NCBI GenBank assembly: GCA_964016885.1
Contig: OZ024743.1
Location: forward strand, 238,142,001-238,206,000
Direction: 5' to 3'
Origin: Eledone cirrhosa
Taxonomy: Eukaryota
Length of the DNA stretch: 64,000 nucleotides
The position numbers and the translations under genes were made by a program. A model generated the notes under the pieces. That model was given only the letters and a program-made list of their open reading frames with translations. It was not told where the DNA came from and made no database searches. Shown here in pieces: positions 59,636 to 64,000 of the stretch. The first letter of the stretch is position 1, and each line of letters opens with the position of its first letter.

Positions 59636-59846
59636 TGTATGTATAGTATATTTGGCAATATAGCGTATGTTTAATTAAAAACATTTAAAAGACCATTCGC
59701 TATCAGTTTTAAAGTAGTGACTATGTCACTTACTTATTTTCGGCAAATGTAGGGAGAAAGGCTGACAGTCTGTTTCTCGCTGTTTGGCGTTTATCAAAAC
59801 CACGCACTCCCCTGCTTTGCCGAAAATTATAGAAGCTGGAGTGCGT

Positions 59847-59888
59847 AGTTTTGATAAACGCCAAACAGCGAGAAACAGACTGTCAGCC
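59847..59888 (+). ncRNA. Hammerhead, U3-A8 variant, intronic (inverted copy 59760-59801)
   Basis: agtt-TTGATAA-a cgc caaaca gcg a-GAAA-cagactg-TC-agcc. Confidence 0.65.
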
Positions 59889-59988
59889 TCTTTCCCTACT
59901 TTTGCCGAAATGTTTTGGTAAAAACAGGAGCAAGCAGGAGAAAGCTCTCAACATTCGTAGTTTGTAGTTACGATGGAGATTTAGTATA

Positions 59989-60170
59989 ATAATTGTTTCT
60001 ACTTTTGACACAAGGTCAACAATTACCCAGTACATTACTGGTACTTTATTTTATCGACCCTGTAAGGATGAAAGGCAAAGGTAACCTCGGCGGGATTTGA
60101 ACTCGGAATGGCAAGGGCCGTAACTCCATGCATCAAAGCATGGCGTCCGACCCTCTACTGCCAATCCACC
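59989..60170 (-). mobile_element. tRNA-derived SINE (intronic)
   Basis: Family match. Confidence 0.85.
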
Positions 60171-60465
60171 ATAATAATAACATTAATAAAGATGCTGGAC
60201 GCACAAGCAGAAGGACGTGTTTTTCCAGCCGGCGGCATATCACAAAATCGAATTTCATCTAAAAGTGGATTAAAATGAAATTTATATTATACCATAAATC
60301 AGCTCAAATATACTATATATAGGTTAAAAATCTGTATTTTGCTGAGCACTATGTATTCAAAATTTTATTTAGGTACGATACTTAAGTATATTACAATTAA
60401 GATTAAGAGGAGAGTAACCAAAAATATATATTTAAGGAAAATTATAATTGTACCAAGTTTATAAA

Positions 60466-60544
<79 letters not shown>

Positions 60545-60675
60545 GTGTGTGTGTGTGTGTGTAAATATATATTTATATGTGAGTGTGTGTAAAAGGTAAA
60601 CAGAAATAACAACACAATCGGTACATTATATGGAACGAATATATTAGGTTAACGCTTGATATAGCAGGTAGAGGG

Positions 60676-60711
60676 TCTTAACGTTTCGGACGCTAGTCCT
60701 TCATCAGAAGA
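60676..60711 (-). ncRNA. Minimal type I hammerhead in a short PLE end
   Basis: tctt-CTGATGA-a-ggac tagc gtcc-GAAA-cg-TT-aaga; palindromic ACGT stem III. Confidence 0.85.
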
Positions 60712-60839
60712 AAGAAGAATAAGAAATAAGATAGATTGAGGGGACGGGCGGGTTGGAATTGGAAAAAAAACGTCTCATATATATATATAACATTATTAAT
60801 TTGTTTCCTTCATTAAATTATTTTTTCTTTGTTTCTTAG

Positions 60840-60943
60840 TTCAACTTAGTTTGTGAGAGAAAATGGTTGAAGAGCAGCTCAAAGTCAGTATTTTTTGCGG
60901 GGCGTCTCCTTGGTGCATTCGCTTTTGGTGTTTTAGCAGACAG
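60840..60943 (+). CDS. SLC22-family transporter, next exon (104 bp, TM2)
   Basis: Acceptor tttcttag, donor ag|gtaaat; FNLVCERKWLKSSSKSVFFAGRLLGAFAFGVLADR completes the (S/T)EFNLVC and GxxADR motifs in frame with the previous exon. Confidence 0.92.
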
Positions 60944-61811
60944 GTAAATATACTGAAAAAAATATTCTAATTATAATTTGTGAAAAACATCGATTGGACG
61001 CAACAATGCCGAATAGTTTGGAGCTTCATCTTGCAATCATTAAGTCCCTGGTTCGAATCCACTGCGTGTCATTTTGGACATGTGCCATAAGAGTTTATCC
61101 TTATGCATTTTAGAGATTTTTGTGTACGGATTCTGAGTATGGAGGAATATAACGGCAGTACATTTTGATTTGTTTTTTGGACTTCCATCGGTTCTGATGA
61201 TGAGAGTTCAAGTTGTTTGATCAATGGAACAACTTGCTCATAAAATGAACGTGCAAATGGCTGAGCATTCCACAAACACGTGTACCCATAACGCAACTTC
61301 CAGAGAGATTCAGCTTAACACAGTATTATCACGGCTGGCCCTATAAATTATATGTACAAGTCACTTTTGCCATCTTAATGGATTGCAGCAACATTGAATA
61401 TATGCCATTAATTAAACCCAAGACCTTACAACCACGAGGCGAATACCTTAGCCACTAAGCTAGGAGCCTTCACCAAAGCCATATAACTTATACAGGATAT
61501 AGAAAATAGCTAATGGTAGTAGCACTAAAATTATGCAAATTAGTAAATCCTGTTCTCCGTTACTATCACATTTAATAGGCATGTAAAGCCTGTAGTTACA
61601 TATTTCTCTGTGGATTGTGAACGATGTAGATTAGCCCCTGATGCCGCCAACAAAGACCAAAACTAGATTAAAACTTCACCTTTTTCAACTTACGGAGAAA
61701 TATGTACATAATACATGTTTACATGTATAAATATGTTTGTTTGCATAAACATCTCTCGCAGCTTCTGTTAAATCCTGTAATCCAGTACTATTTCTGTAGA
61801 AATATGAACAC

Positions 61812-61898
<87 letters not shown>

Positions 61899-62239
61899 CA
61901 ACTTCGAGTCATACCCAGTATTATATATATATATATATGCATACATACATATTATATGCTGCTATGCCCTCTGACCACCTCCCAGCACACACAGACACAC
62001 AGCACTCCTACTGCCTTGACCACTTCCTGTTGCGCGCGCACCCAACATCTCCCCTCTTCCGACCATCTCTTCACGGATTCCTCGTATGTGGACCCTGACC
62101 GCGGAATCAACTACCATCCTAGGATTTTACCAACCTTTCCACCACATCTTTCGGAATCACCTTCACGACTCACCCACACACACACCCCCAAAAATTTTTT
62201 TTTCTCACACGCCACCTACACCCACAACACGCAAGGGGG

Positions 62240-64000
62240 GTGTTAGTGGGTGTTAATATTACATGTGGTGGGGAAAGGGTTGAAAGCGGGTGTGTATGTG
62301 GGGGGTTAGTGGTGGTTGGGTGTGTGGAGTGGGTGGTGTACATAGGTGTGTGTGTGATGGTGTGTGTTCGTGTGCGTGGGTTCGGGGGGAGGTTAGTGAT
62401 GTTAGTTGTGGGGTGGTCAGAGGGGATGTGTGGGTAAGGGTTAGTGGTAGCAGTAGGGTGTGTGGAAAGTGTGAGTGCGTGTATATATGTTCAGGTGGGT
62501 GTGTGCGTGTTGGGTGGAGGGGTGGGGATGTTAGCATTGTTAGTTGGGGAGGGCCGGGGGGTGTTAGTATTGTTTGTTGTGGGATGGGCCAAGGGGGTGG
62601 GGCAGTGAAAAGGAGGAGTGTGTTAGTGGTGTTAGAGGTGTTAGTGTTAATGTGTGGGGGGAAGGGTGGGCGGTCGAAGGCTAAAGGAGTAGGGGTGGGG
62701 AGTTTATGCCGGGGGTTGTGTGGGTCTGTAGGGTGAAGATGGTGCGTTGTTCGACCGTGAGGCGGGTGGCGGGTGTTCCATGGTATTGGAGTAGGCCGCA
62801 GACTGTGAGGTGGAGTGCGGAATGTCCAGGGGAGCGAAAGTGGCGGGCTTTCGGGGAACTCCCGCCGAGGCGAATATCCCGGAGGTGTTCCGTGAAACGG
62901 TCCGCCAGGCGACGTCCAGTCTGTCCGTCGTAGGTTGCGCTGCACTCCGTGCAGCGAATTCCATAGACCAGGTTGGAGAAGGTGCAGCGGAAGGCGTGCC
63001 GGACAGAGAGAGAGTGGCCGTTGGGACCATGGAAGGTGGTGGTGTTGGTGGTGTGGGGGCAGGTGTAGCAACGAGGTCTGGAGCAGGGAAGGGATCCGGG
63101 GGGGAGAAGAGCGTGGGTTGGGGGTAGGGAGCTGTGGACGAGGAGTGTGCGAAGGATGCGTGCGCGTTGAAGGAGGGGAGGTGTGCGGATGGAAAAATGG
63201 GGGAGGTGGAGGGGTCGGACTGGAGGCGTCGGAAGAGGCGGAGGATGGTGCGGTGGAGGGGAAGTGTGGAGGGGTGGTAGGTGATGGGGAAGTTGAGACG
63301 GTGGGTGGATGTGCGGTGGTGTGGGGTGAGGGCGGTGGAGCAGTGGACAGCATGGGCGCGAGTGAGGGCGGTGTGGACGAGGGGGGGGGGATCTCGCCGG
63401 ATGAAATGGCTGACTAGGGAAAGAGCCTGGGACTCAAAGTCAGCATCTCGGCTGCAGAAGCGGCGGATCCGGAGGAGTTGGGAGTAGGGAATAGAGTGTT
63501 TAGTGTGTGTTGGGTGGGAGGAATGGGAGTCGGTGGGTTTGAAGAAGGCGGAGGTGACGAGGGAGCGGTGGGAGGGGTCGATGGCGATGGAGATGTCTAA
63601 GAAGTGGACGTGGGTGGTGGAGATAGAGGTGGTGAAGTGGAGGGAGAGGTGGAAGGAGCAGAAAAAGGAGAGGAAGGGGTCGAGCTGTTCTCGGGTGAGG
63701 GTCGTGGCTCCGATACAGTTGTCAATGTAACGACCGTACAGTTCGGGCGTGGGGCCGGTGTACCGGGCAAAGATTTGGGCCTCAACATGGCCAACGAAAA
63801 GGTTAGCATAGTTTGGGCGCATTCTTGTGCCCATGGCTACCCCCGTGACCTGTTGGTAAGACTCACCCGAGAAGGAGAAGCAGTTGAGGGTGAGGACCAG
63901 CTCGGCGAGGCGAAGAAGGGTGGGGGTGGAGGGGATGGGAGAGGGGCGAAGGTCGAGGTAGTGCTGGAGGGCACGTAGGCCACCGGAGTGGCGGATGACA
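62240..64000 (-). mobile_element. C-rich Neptune-like Penelope element (RT, linker, GIY-YIG), continues beyond window
   Basis: LLRLAELVLTLNCFSF..YQQVTGVAMGTRMRPNYANL, RYIDN, HFLDISI, SSHPTHTKHSIPYSQLLRIRRFC, then frameshifted VYGIRC..YDGQTGRRLADRFTEH. Confidence 0.9.

Overview
AT-rich, microsatellite-laden animal genomic DNA. An octopod cephalopod is most likely, inferred from the SINE family and repeat landscape. Most ORFs in the supplied track are translations of (TA)n/(CA)n/(GA)n/(GGT)n repeats. The only host gene I can support is two + strand exons of an SLC22/organic-cation-type MFS transporter (58320-58693, 60840-60943). The rest is mobile DNA: about 20 copies of a tRNA-derived SINE, LINE fragments (RTE-like, I-group-like, CRE-like), and a dense, partly nested chain of Penelope-like elements (PLEs) inserted in (TA)n tracts. 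Folding by eye reveals about 30 hammerhead-ribozyme (HHR) motifs from a dozen or more repeat families, many with non-canonical cores. The main findings are: (1) a nearly invariant 474-bp tandem array (36226-40388, ~8.8 monomers, inverted at ~39000) with one HHR and one octamer motif per monomer, a candidate young retrozyme/circular-RNA retroposon; (2) a ~100-nt covarying, pseudoknotted RNA motif (34949-35050, 34102-34204, 28554-28655) carrying the three hammerhead core strands in a non-circularly-permuted order; (3) repeated C3-G8 to U3-A8 compensatory changes in HHR cores. All RNA structures were folded by eye and are untested; element boundaries are approximate.
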